DNA of 62,943 nucleotides from Pseudomonadota bacterium (GTDB lineage: Bacteria; Bdellovibrionota; Bdellovibrionia; Bdellovibrionales; SG-bin7), in assembly GCA_034439715.1 (NCBI GenBank), contig JAWXAY010000035.1:1-62943 (forward strand), written 5' to 3'. The notes below the pieces were generated by a model. It did no database searches. It was given only the letters and a program-made list of their open reading frames with translations, and was not told where the DNA came from. Below, piece by piece: positions 38,780 to 47,718 of this stretch. The position numbers and the translations under genes were made by a program. Position 1 is the stretch's first letter, and every line of letters begins with the position of its first letter.

Positions 38780-38813
38780 CGGCGGTCGACAGCCTAGTGC
38801 TGGTGACGCATTA
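38780..38813 (+). repeat. Direct repeat copy 2
   Basis: CGGCGGTCGACAGCCTAGTGCTGGTGACGCATTA. Confidence 0.9.
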
Positions 38814-38820
38814 AAAGGTA

Positions 38821-39984
38821 TTATTCGCACAGGTCCGTTATTTTTCTTATCTGATTCCACGGCACGGCCACCACATCTTTATTTAGCTTAAGGACTCGAG
38901 GGGCAGAACATACGACAAAGGCTCCGTAAGGGCAATTATACTCCTTCATAAAAGTAACCAGATGTTTTGTATCGCTTTCGGTTAGACGATCTCCAAATTT
39001 TACTTCTATCGGAATAAATTTTCTCGAGGAGTTTAGTACCCAATCAACTTCAGGACCATCGGGATCACGCCAAAAGTGAAGGTGAGTACTAGATTTTTGT
39101 CGTACTGAACGAAGTAATTCAAGTCCAATCAGATTTTCAAAAAGCTCACCCAAGCGAGGACTCCCAAGTTGCGCACCTTCTCCCGCTGCCATTCTTCGAA
39201 CACCCAAATCAAAAAATAAATATTTACTTGATTTAGTCAATTTTTTTCGAGTCGCGGAGTTAGATATCGGATCCACCCGCTCGACGACTAAACAGTCTAC
39301 TAAAATTTGAAAGTAAGAGGCAATTGTGGTGTGCGCCACGCCTAGCGTCTGACTTATTGAATTAAAGGATACAATTTTTCCGGACTCTAATGCCGCAACT
39401 TCCAAAAACCTGTAAAATGCCGGTAAGTTTCTGACAATTGCCTCTGCGCGAACCTCCTCTTCAAGGTAAATATCTACGTAAGAACGTAAGTCAGCGTTTT
39501 TAATTTTCAAGTTTGAATTCAATGAAACCGCAGGAAGAGAACCATAAATGAGATGATCATCAAGTTTTTGTGAGTGCTCAAATTCACTAAAAGGATCCAT
39601 GTGCAAAGCGATGACTCGACCGGGCAACAGATTAATTTCTGACTGTCTCCTTAGTTTACGCGCGGAAGAACCCGTTAAAACAAATATGGCCTTGCGGTCG
39701 TCGATTAGCGTTTGGATGGGGTCAAGTATGTCCGGTACTTTTTGAATCTCGTCAATGACAACAATAGGCCTTTTCAAATTTAAGCCCTCTACCTCCTGAA
39801 TAATCTGATCGGGGTTTAGTTCGAACCGTCGTCTCTCTGTTGTTAAGGAGAGGTTTATGTAGAGATCAGACTTGACACTTTTTATCAGAGTAGTTTTACC
39901 GGTCTGGCGCGGACCCAACAAAAGTATACTCTTTTTATTCTTTAGTAATTCGTGGAACTCAGCCTCGATAGATCTCTTAACCAT
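38821..39984 (-). CDS. AAA_14/DUF4143 ATPase with C-terminal PD-(D/E)xK-like motif
   Basis: GPRQTGKT, IDEIQK, LTGSSAR, K.LFFD.G, EVDWV...PIEVK. Confidence 0.9.
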   Translation of the reverse strand: MVKRSIEAEFHELLKNKKSILLLGPRQTGKTTLIKSVKSDLYINLSLTTERRRFELNPDQIIQEVEGLNLKRPIVVIDEIQKVPDILDPIQTLIDDRKAIFVLTGSSARKLRRQSEINLLPGRVIALHMDPFSEFEHSQKLDDHLIYGSLPAVSLNSNLKIKNADLRSYVDIYLEEEVRAEAIVRNLPAFYRFLEVAALESGKIVSFNSISQTLGVAHTTIASYFQILVDCLVVERVDPISNSATRKKLTKSSKYLFFDLGVRRMAAGEGAQLGSPRLGELFENLIGLELLRSVRQKSSTHLHFWRDPDGPEVDWVLNSSRKFIPIEVKFGDRLTESDTKHLVTFMKEYNCPYGAFVVCSAPRVLKLNKDVVAVPWNQIRKITDLCE

Positions 39985-40018
39985 GCACTCAATTTTCGCC
40001 GAATTTTGAGTGTATGGT
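39980..40018 (-). promoter_or_regulatory. Palindrome overlapping the promoter and start codon
   Basis: ACCATGCACTCAA-N13-TTGAGTGTATGGT (12/13). On the minus strand TTGACC-N18-GAAAAT lies 7 nt before the ATG. Confidence 0.6.
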
Positions 40019-40024
40019 CAAGGA

Positions 40025-41575
40025 CTATTTTAGGTTAGCGCGAATTGCCTTCATACGGTTTGAGACTTTTTCCCAAATGGATGGGCCTGAAGCTGCAGTG
40101 ACACCTTCGGCTTTTAATCCTTGGGTCGCCATCATACGCATTTGTTCTTTTTTCTGTCCCGGTAAATACTTACTGAGATCAAATTTTGCCATATCCCTTT
40201 CGCCTCGTCCGCCGCCACCACCACTGCCTCCGCCAAAACTCCCGTACATGCCAACGTCACCGCCGCCTTTGCCACCCTTAATATAACCTTCGTTGACTTC
40301 TGTTTTGTAATCCTTCGCATCGCCACCTTTATCATCGGGGTTGATGCCACCGCCAGCCCCGCCTCCAGCAGGTCCACTCCCACCACCTTGTTGGACTCCG
40401 TCAGATTTAGTTGCGGCATCACCGTTACCACCATTAACTCCGCCAATTATGTCGCCATCACCGAGACCATTGAGAGCATCATTGCCTAGGTTGTCCCTTC
40501 CGCCACCTATGAGACCCGGATTTCCGGCAGTGGGGCCTGGTGCGCGATAATTACATATCGGATTCGTTCTCGCTTTTTTAGGGTCCGCACAGAGGCAGTC
40601 TCTACTTAATTGTTCCGATGGACTATTACAATCTGGTGCCCCACCACAACTCGGCTGAGATTTGTTTTCGGGTTTGGCACAATATTCTGCGATGCTAAAC
40701 CCTTCGGATTGTTTTGCGCAGTCATTTGCTACGGCCCACTGCACTGCATTCCCCGCGGCTTGTAAAACGGCCGGCAAGGTCTGGACATATAAATTCTGAC
40801 AATTGGACTCTCCAGCTTTAGCCCTTTTAGAAACTCTTAATTGAATTTCGTGTTTATTGTAGGCGGTCGAATGCTTTTCATAATGTCCCTGGCACACGCT
40901 CGCACTGCCATATTTGCTACAATTGACTCCAAAGGCACCCATGTTGTTCTTTGGCTGCTGCGATTTCTTTCTGATGCACTTCGTACATTCCTCATAAGTC
41001 TCATATTGTAACTTTGATTCGTTCAATTCCCTGTTCGCAATAGCCGTTGAAGACTCTGCTTTTTCACTGCAGGTACTATCACACTGTCTGGCAATCTCGC
41101 CGCAGGTAATCGCCAAGCCTGAATTTACCGCCACCCCAAGTTTCGAAAACGTTGCGGCCAGTTCACACCGATCTTTCGTAGACTTACCCGCGCCACCTGC
41201 TACGGCGCCGCCCAAGCCCTGAAACATATTCACCGCCATAAGAGTCACCGGATTCGTCAAAACATTACATGTCGACTTTGCAGATTTAACATTTAAAGCG
41301 CACTCGCCAAGCTCCATTTCAATTGCATTCTCCGCTCGCTCTCCTGTCATACTAGCTCTATACTTTGGTAGTAGCAGCTCGCCGCCGTCATCGCCCTGGC
41401 TATTTGTGCTACTGGTATTTTCGGGAGCCACCTCTTGAGAACCTTCAAAACCCTGTCCAAAATTATTAAAATTATTAGAACGGTCTTCCACCTGAGCCAT
41501 CACGCTATTTTCCTCAGTAATAGTCATCACAACTATGAAAATTAGCATTAAATTTCTTAAGCTTATTTTTCTCAT
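40025..41575 (-). CDS. Exported Cys/Gly-rich protein with a SIWEKVSNR C-terminal motif
   Basis: Signal-like N-terminus, many Cys, hydrophobic Gly/Ala helices, Gly-rich tail. Confidence 0.8.
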   Translation of the reverse strand: MRKISLRNLMLIFIVVMTITEENSVMAQVEDRSNNFNNFGQGFEGSQEVAPENTSSTNSQGDDGGELLLPKYRASMTGERAENAIEMELGECALNVKSAKSTCNVLTNPVTLMAVNMFQGLGGAVAGGAGKSTKDRCELAATFSKLGVAVNSGLAITCGEIARQCDSTCSEKAESSTAIANRELNESKLQYETYEECTKCIRKKSQQPKNNMGAFGVNCSKYGSASVCQGHYEKHSTAYNKHEIQLRVSKRAKAGESNCQNLYVQTLPAVLQAAGNAVQWAVANDCAKQSEGFSIAEYCAKPENKSQPSCGGAPDCNSPSEQLSRDCLCADPKKARTNPICNYRAPGPTAGNPGLIGGGRDNLGNDALNGLGDGDIIGGVNGGNGDAATKSDGVQQGGGSGPAGGGAGGGINPDDKGGDAKDYKTEVNEGYIKGGKGGGDVGMYGSFGGGSGGGGGRGERDMAKFDLSKYLPGQKKEQMRMMATQGLKAEGVTAASGPSIWEKVSNRMKAIRANLK

Positions 41576-41576
41576 T

Positions 41577-42566
41577 TTAGTTGCCCACCATAAAATAATT
41601 TACTTTTGATTTTTCCTGATACCTTCTCGACACCATTTTAAAAATATTATCTTGCGCCACACCAATCGGTTGACCCCGAAACAATTTTGCGGGTCCCGTA
41701 AACGAAGCAGCAGATCTGTCCTTGGATTTCATCTTTCCAAACAAAGAATTAAAATCAAATTTGCTACCACCGGCCGTACCGTCACCAGATCCTTGTCCGC
41801 CAGACGAGCCGCCGCCACTTGAATATGAAAGGCGCATATTTTTTTCGTTGGAACCGTATAGTGATGCAATTTTTGAGTTCACATCATTCATTTTGCCTGC
41901 AATCTCTTTCATCTCGGCCGGGCCTAAACCTGTAGCTGACGCGAAGGCGCCCGCATTCCCATTAGTTAAGTCCTCTAGGTTCGCCGTATTGCCATTCGGC
42001 AATGTCATATTCCCTTTTTCGTCGAGCTTAATTCCACGTTTTGCTATTTCAGCCAATGGTTTTTTTAACTCTTCCCGCACTTTTTCTGGTTCTATTACCG
42101 AGCCATCCGGCCGTGTGGGCCGAAATCTTTCGGGGTCAAGACTGGGTGAATAACCGGAGTCATCTTCTGATTTAGCCGCCCCTGCAACCGTGGATAGCTG
42201 ATACAATCCCTGAAGACCCGAAAGTCCCGCCATTCCCAAAAAGACAAAACCCAACATATCTTTCTTTGCGCCTGCAGATTTTTTTACAATACCGAGCTTC
42301 GCTTCAGATGTTGCCAGAGGAAAATTTTGGGCGTTAGCAGCGGTTATCGCTGCTTTTTCGTGCTCGACGCCTTTCTCTTTTAGAACAGTTCCCTCAGTCC
42401 ATTTCTCATCGGCTTCCATAAAAAGCATTGCCGCAGCTACCGCACTTGCTCCTGCACCCATGGCAGCTTGGCCGCCGGCGCTTGTGGACCCACTATTCGC
42501 CTGGCCAAAGCCTAAGCTCGCAGAAAATGAAATCGCAATTATCAAAGCAATGCACTTCTTAGCCAT
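41577..42566 (-). CDS. Exported Gly-rich protein with hydrophobic helices (paralog of the next gene)
   Basis: Signal peptide, two hydrophobic segments, TLPNG, C-terminal IGVAQDNIFKMVSRRY. Confidence 0.8.
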   Translation of the reverse strand: MAKKCIALIIAISFSASLGFGQANSGSTSAGGQAAMGAGASAVAAAMLFMEADEKWTEGTVLKEKGVEHEKAAITAANAQNFPLATSEAKLGIVKKSAGAKKDMLGFVFLGMAGLSGLQGLYQLSTVAGAAKSEDDSGYSPSLDPERFRPTRPDGSVIEPEKVREELKKPLAEIAKRGIKLDEKGNMTLPNGNTANLEDLTNGNAGAFASATGLGPAEMKEIAGKMNDVNSKIASLYGSNEKNMRLSYSSGGGSSGGQGSGDGTAGGSKFDFNSLFGKMKSKDRSAASFTGPAKLFRGQPIGVAQDNIFKMVSRRYQEKSKVNYFMVGN

Positions 42567-43529
42567 TTAAAATCCCCAATCGCCTTCAATAAAAAAACTT
42601 TCGGATTTTTTATCTTCATATTTTCTTCGCACCATCTGAAAAATGTCATCTTGGGCAATCCCTACCCTGTCTCCGCCAATATTTTTTGTAAGTCCCGCGG
42701 TTTTGGATGTAGCCACTTTCCTCATCGGCCGCGCGCCAAAATACCGGTCTAAATTTGTATCCGCTGAAGATTGTGGGGGAGAAGAAGACGCCCCGCCGCC
42801 ACCTGCAATCATTTCGAATTTTGAATCATTGGCCGCAGCTAACGCATTTTTTTTCTGTTTACTTAATTCGTCAGCTAGTATCTTTGCTTGATCTTCGTCG
42901 ACTCCCAATTTTTTTGCTATATCACCTACGCTACCGCCAACGCCGCCAAGAGCAACCTCCTGACCATTTGGTAATGTTAGACTGCCAGTATTGGAATCTA
43001 GTTTCGCGCCATATTGTTCTAAACTGTTCAAGCCTTTGTTAATTTGATTTTGAAAACTGTTTGGACCAATTTGTTTTCCATCAGGCGTAGTAATAATAAA
43101 CTTATCTGGAGCGCCGTCATCAAATCCAGACTGCGCGCCAGAAATACCAGCTCCAGATGCTACCTTTTTTTGAGAAAGACCCTGAGCGGTTGACAATACA
43201 CCCATGGCAACCATACCTAATCCCACCCAACACATTGGTTGCGTCCACGCACTTGGACAATTAGATACTGCTATTGCAGTACCCCCAATAATCAATCCTC
43301 CACCCATCACATAACTTACAATAGACGCCGAGTTGGCCTTTTTTTGCGAATTGTTCGAAGCCATATTTACGGGGGCCTGGTAAGTAGGTACATTGGTCGG
43401 CGGAGGGGTGGGGTTCGTCGACGGTGCTGGATTATTTTGCGCAAAAGAGCCATAACTTACTGTCGACAAAATCAGAATGAGTATACCAATCTTTCGATAC
43501 GTCTTTTCAAAAGAAAATAACTTAGTCAT
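42567..43529 (-). CDS. Exported Gly-rich protein with a hydrophobic hairpin
   Basis: Signal peptide (SFA), hairpin with C-x7-C loop, TLPNG, C-terminal VGIAQDDIFQMVRRKY. Confidence 0.8.
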   Translation of the reverse strand: MTKLFSFEKTYRKIGILILILSTVSYGSFAQNNPAPSTNPTPPPTNVPTYQAPVNMASNNSQKKANSASIVSYVMGGGLIIGGTAIAVSNCPSAWTQPMCWVGLGMVAMGVLSTAQGLSQKKVASGAGISGAQSGFDDGAPDKFIITTPDGKQIGPNSFQNQINKGLNSLEQYGAKLDSNTGSLTLPNGQEVALGGVGGSVGDIAKKLGVDEDQAKILADELSKQKKNALAAANDSKFEMIAGGGGASSSPPQSSADTNLDRYFGARPMRKVATSKTAGLTKNIGGDRVGIAQDDIFQMVRRKYEDKKSESFFIEGDWGF

Positions 43530-43565
43530 TGCTTACCTTTTTGTGTTTGATTACTTACTAAAGTC

Positions 43566-43593
43566 TTATCGGCTCATAATAGGATTTGCTTTA
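43566..43593 (-). promoter_or_regulatory. sigma28 promoter of the three-gene operon
   Basis: TAAAG-N15-GCCGATAA with a perfect -10. Confidence 0.75.
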
Positions 43594-43674
43594 ACAGATT
43601 ATTCACTTTTAGTGTCAATTCTATAGACACACTAAGTGCTTGTTTTAACATGTATTCCAAGCATTTTTTTATTG

Positions 43675-45711
43675 CTAATTACCGCCGCCCCACAATGCCG
43701 AAGGGGGAGGGTTTTTAATGTTTCCGTTCCCCGCGCCCACGCCGCCAAGAGAGTGCTCCTGCGATAACAAATAATCCCGTGAAACGATTTTAACGGAGTA
43801 CCCTGTTCTCCCCCCTATAATACAATCTCCGGGCGTCGGCGGCTCGTTGGAATTGGGCTCTGGAATCGAACTGCATTCTGCAAATTTGTTTGCTGGAAAG
43901 GAGTAGTCGGCCTCTTGCTCTTGCGCCCACCCGGTAAGTAATTGACTCGGTTTTTTGGTAAGAAAAAAATAATCAATAGTATTATTTATTGTAAAGGCGC
44001 TTCTGCTCGCCTCAAGCAATACATAGGCGTTGGCAATGGACGAAGTCCCGCCAATTGAACCATGGTCGTCGGGTGCTCCTGCGCCAATTCCCAAGCTCTG
44101 CGGGCCTCTGTTCACATAGTACCGATAAAACTGAGGTTCAACAGAGTAATAAATGGCGTCAAAAATATCGGGAGAAACTGCCGCAAGCTCGGCTTGACGA
44201 AGGACTCCCCCGTTCGGCACCGCTTCGGCAAATGGTAAATCATCTCCTTGCGGTGAACCAAGTGTCTTAAGAGTTTGATAGTGATTAGTATAGGGCCTCA
44301 AATTGACATCATCCTTGTTAAGCAATCCCCGGCCCATCGACATAGAGAGCGATGATTTTAAGCCAAACTTATCCCCGGGATATTTGGAGTAGTTAGGCAA
44401 AAAAATCGAATCTTTAGCTAAATCACCAGTGGGCTGATTACTTGGACTGCTGCGAGGCACAGCGAGCGGATCAACTTTAGCCGCGCCAGGATTTGACGTC
44501 GGCGACTCACGTTCCCAACTCACAGTATCCCATGGTCCAATTCTACCTCCAAATGGCTTTGCAAAAGCTACCGCTTTAAGTTCCACTGGGCTACCAAATG
44601 GCGCAAACGGCGGCTTCGAAAATGTTTTCGCACTCACTCCCACATAAGCCATGTACCAAGGGTTTTTTTCAAATCCCCGAGTGGAATGAAAAATGTTTCC
44701 GCGTGGCGGCTCGCCAATCATTGACCTTAATGCCCCGTCAGGGTCATTAGTTTCTACGTTTGGTGGCATTGTGCTAACGACTTCTATACTATTTGAACAA
44801 CCACTTCCACTGCCCGGTGTATGTAAAACATAACGAACAATTGGATCTATTTCTAAATCAGAGATCCAAAGTGGTCTGCCATTTTCAATTTTGGTAGCCA
44901 AAGAATTAAAGATAGACATTTCTTTTAGATTTCTTTTATTTCCCGAAGTTAGATTTTTCTCAAGCGTACTTGCAGTTCCACCTCGAACGGGTTGACCATC
45001 AAGGTCCATAAAACCATTTTCGTCATCCGACAGATTTCTAGCAAATTTTAAAAAAGCCATTTTTCTTCGCACGATGTCCTTTTTATACATATAGTTTATT
45101 ATTGCCGCAAATCGCCAATTGGCGAGCCCGCCCCTTTTACACGTTTCTGTGATTTGCCCTTTAATTTGTTCAATATAATTAGAAAGCTGGGCATTTAATG
45201 GATTAAGGGCAAAGATGACTGGGCTAGACGGAATTTGAGAAACTGTATTGTTTGCCGACTGACACAGAGACTCGTTGTCTCCGGCATCACTAAAATCACG
45301 CCAGCCTTTATGTGTGATGCAGACTGCGGGCTGATCAGCCATTAAAAAGGGAGTCCCCGAAATGACAGATGGAAATAGAGCTTCAGCCAGCGGACCACCG
45401 TAATCCAAACGTGCCGGATGCCCGTTGTACCCAAACCCACCAACAACCCTCAAACGATACGCCATTAATTTATATGTCTGGCGAATTTGATAATTCACGT
45501 GCGCCATCGCATTTAATACTTCGGCCTGTTTAGAGGCGGCATAATAAGCGGCGAGATCCACTGAGTTTTGTAAATTAATTTTATCGTGAACGAGCAGACC
45601 AATATTTATTATCATTGCGAAAAAAACAAAGAGTACCTGAAAAATAATCGCGATAAAAATTGCCATCTGCCCGCTGGCACATCTAATAATTCGCTTAAGC
45701 GTTTGCCACAT
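43675..45711 (-). CDS. Tad-domain (TadG-like) pseudopilin with a large C-terminal domain
   Basis: SG|QMAIFIAIIF...INIG.....K..LQNSVDLAAYYAA prepilin/Tad signature. Confidence 0.85.
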   Translation of the reverse strand: MWQTLKRIIRCASGQMAIFIAIIFQVLFVFFAMIINIGLLVHDKINLQNSVDLAAYYAASKQAEVLNAMAHVNYQIRQTYKLMAYRLRVVGGFGYNGHPARLDYGGPLAEALFPSVISGTPFLMADQPAVCITHKGWRDFSDAGDNESLCQSANNTVSQIPSSPVIFALNPLNAQLSNYIEQIKGQITETCKRGGLANWRFAAIINYMYKKDIVRRKMAFLKFARNLSDDENGFMDLDGQPVRGGTASTLEKNLTSGNKRNLKEMSIFNSLATKIENGRPLWISDLEIDPIVRYVLHTPGSGSGCSNSIEVVSTMPPNVETNDPDGALRSMIGEPPRGNIFHSTRGFEKNPWYMAYVGVSAKTFSKPPFAPFGSPVELKAVAFAKPFGGRIGPWDTVSWERESPTSNPGAAKVDPLAVPRSSPSNQPTGDLAKDSIFLPNYSKYPGDKFGLKSSLSMSMGRGLLNKDDVNLRPYTNHYQTLKTLGSPQGDDLPFAEAVPNGGVLRQAELAAVSPDIFDAIYYSVEPQFYRYYVNRGPQSLGIGAGAPDDHGSIGGTSSIANAYVLLEASRSAFTINNTIDYFFLTKKPSQLLTGWAQEQEADYSFPANKFAECSSIPEPNSNEPPTPGDCIIGGRTGYSVKIVSRDYLLSQEHSLGGVGAGNGNIKNPPPSALWGGGN

Positions 45712-45837
45712 GTAAGTAATTGTAGGCTGTAATTGTTTAAGCGACTACTAGACATAGACGTAGGAATAGCCTTCGCCCATTTTATTCGAGGCTCGAATTT
45801 GTTTTGTCTCAGCCACCGTTAAAAGACTTTTCTCGCT

Positions 45838-45853
45838 GGGCCCAAGTCTTGCT
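45838..45853 (+). promoter_or_regulatory. sigma54-like promoter
   Basis: gGG-cccaagtctt-GCt. Confidence 0.45.
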
Positions 45854-45865
45854 CTAAGCTCATAA

Positions 45866-46066
45866 ATGGCTCAAAGCACTCTCGCAATTCAAAGTGGTCT
45901 TCACAAAATCTACCAAAGAATTCTGATTCAGATTCCTAACGCCCATCTCTCCGGCGTCGCTGTTCAAAATTTAAAAGCGCAAATTAACTCAAGAGGCAAC
46001 ATACTTAATCGCAGAAATCAACACGCGAAACAAGAAGTACTCAACACCTATAATCCATTTAATTAA
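45866..46066 (+). CDS. Small hypothetical protein
   Basis: 66-aa ORF just after the sigma54-like site; no SD. Confidence 0.4.
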   Translation: MAQSTLAIQSGLHKIYQRILIQIPNAHLSGVAVQNLKAQINSRGNILNRRNQHAKQEVLNTYNPFN

Positions 46067-46159
46067 CCCCAACACCTTGGAGTGGGCGCCGCACCCTATC
46101 CTTACTGACAAAAATGAAGTCATTGCAATGAGAGAGTCATTCTTTAGAAAATACTATCG

Positions 46160-46630
46160 CTAACTCACCAGTTTTCTTTTTTTGGGTTTGGTGTCCGCAA
46201 CATATTGTTCAACCGCCTTACGAATAAATACTTCCCAAAGATTCTTTGGAGGCGTCGTTATTACTTCGCCATTTGCATCAAGATAGTCACTTATTTTTCC
46301 ATAATCCACGTCAAAGTTTTCAATGCCAGCAAAATCCTTTCCTGCGAAGTAAAAATAGAATTCACCTTTTAACTTGCCCAAGTGGATAAAGCATTTAGAC
46401 TCATCCAAAGTTGTCCAGAATTTATTTGCACTTTCCTCGGAGTCAAAGCTTGTTTTATGGGTAAATTTGTACACACCCTCGACCATTGAGAACATAAAGA
46501 TGGTGTGCTGACAGCGATATTCTTCTGCATTTTCTCTAAAAAAGTCCCGGGCCCTATCTATAAACACTTCTCGATCAGCTGCTCGCAAGTGACAGACGTC
46601 TTCTAAAGATTCTGACTTATTCGTGTCCAT
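46160..46630 (-). CDS. Hypothetical protein
   Basis: 156-aa ORF with its own sigma28-type promoter. Confidence 0.75.
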   Translation of the reverse strand: MDTNKSESLEDVCHLRAADREVFIDRARDFFRENAEEYRCQHTIFMFSMVEGVYKFTHKTSFDSEESANKFWTTLDESKCFIHLGKLKGEFYFYFAGKDFAGIENFDVDYGKISDYLDANGEVITTPPKNLWEVFIRKAVEQYVADTKPKKRKLVS

Positions 46631-46636
46631 AGTCAG

Positions 46637-46664
46637 TTATCGGTAGCGGACAAAAGCCACTAAA
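46637..46664 (-). promoter_or_regulatory. sigma28-type promoter (near-leaderless)
   Basis: TTTAG-N15-ACCGATAA, 6 nt before the ATG at 46630. Confidence 0.6.
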
Positions 46665-46743
46665 CCTAGACTTAAGCTATAATCCCAATTTAGCGTCACC
46701 TAGCCTTTGACTTGAATCCCAGCCTTAAGAGAAACTGAGGCTT

Positions 46744-47613
46744 ATGAAAAAGCTTTTACTTACAATCACTCTATTTTTTATTTCGACCACCGCCCATGCC
46801 GACCTAATTTTTGAGGGTTACTACAAAATAATTAAAGAAAACATACATATTGGATATACGATTTTACGATTTGAGTACAATCCCGCCAAACAAGAAATGA
46901 TCGCCACTAGTTTTATTAAAACGGCACCTAAATTTACTGACCTCACCGAAAGTTATGTCGCCCGCGCCAACACAGGCTATCAACCAATTTCACTGCAGTT
47001 TACGTCGGTCGATAATACTAAAAGAAAAACGGCCATTACGGCAAAAATGGTGGGCGAAAACTTTGTGGGTGAACTTGTTACCAATGGTCCTCCACAGAAA
47101 TTAAATGTTAAAATTAAAAAAGGTGTATTTTTTAGCTCCTTTTTACCATTTTTGATGCTGAAGGCGGGGCTGAAAACTGGTTTAGGTTTTACCTACTACT
47201 CTATCACCGAAGAAAGTGCCGAAGTAAAAGAGGGTACGGCAAACATTGGTAAGACCATGGAGGACTTTAAGGGCCAAAAAGTTTTTCGTGTCAGCAATAA
47301 ATTTATGGGTGTTGAATACTCCAGCTTCATCGCGCCGAACGGCGAAATTCTCTATGTAGATTCTCCGACTCAACAAACCTCAACCGAACTTACGTCCAAA
47401 GAAATAGCTACCCAGGGCATGCCTGTGCCGCAATCTATCATCAGTGCTCTTTTTGGCGGAACACCTGCTGGCACAAAAAATTCTCTCGGCGTCAGCACTC
47501 TGAATCCAACAAAGTCCCCATCGCCGCCTGCCACAACCGGCGGGAAGGCCACCTTTCCGGCGGGCCAAGGCATAATCGTTAAACCCACTAAACCACCTCC
47601 TCAAACTGAATAA
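46744..47613 (+). CDS. Exported beta-rich hypothetical protein with a Pro-rich tail
   Basis: Signal peptide MKKLLL...AHA. Confidence 0.8.
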   Translation: MKKLLLTITLFFISTTAHADLIFEGYYKIIKENIHIGYTILRFEYNPAKQEMIATSFIKTAPKFTDLTESYVARANTGYQPISLQFTSVDNTKRKTAITAKMVGENFVGELVTNGPPQKLNVKIKKGVFFSSFLPFLMLKAGLKTGLGFTYYSITEESAEVKEGTANIGKTMEDFKGQKVFRVSNKFMGVEYSSFIAPNGEILYVDSPTQQTSTELTSKEIATQGMPVPQSIISALFGGTPAGTKNSLGVSTLNPTKSPSPPATTGGKATFPAGQGIIVKPTKPPPQTE

Positions 47614-47718
47614 TTGGACCTCGACTTTGGTCTAAGTGTGCTGGCCTTTTTTTTCTTAGCCTTTGTTTACTAAAGATGATGAACTCTAAATAGATTCAAC
47701 ACTTTAACGGGACGTAAT

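Noticed and set aside
37515..38813. Direct repeats read as a CRISPR array or prophage
   Set aside because: Only two copies, 1.2 kb apart, with no cas, integrase or phage genes.
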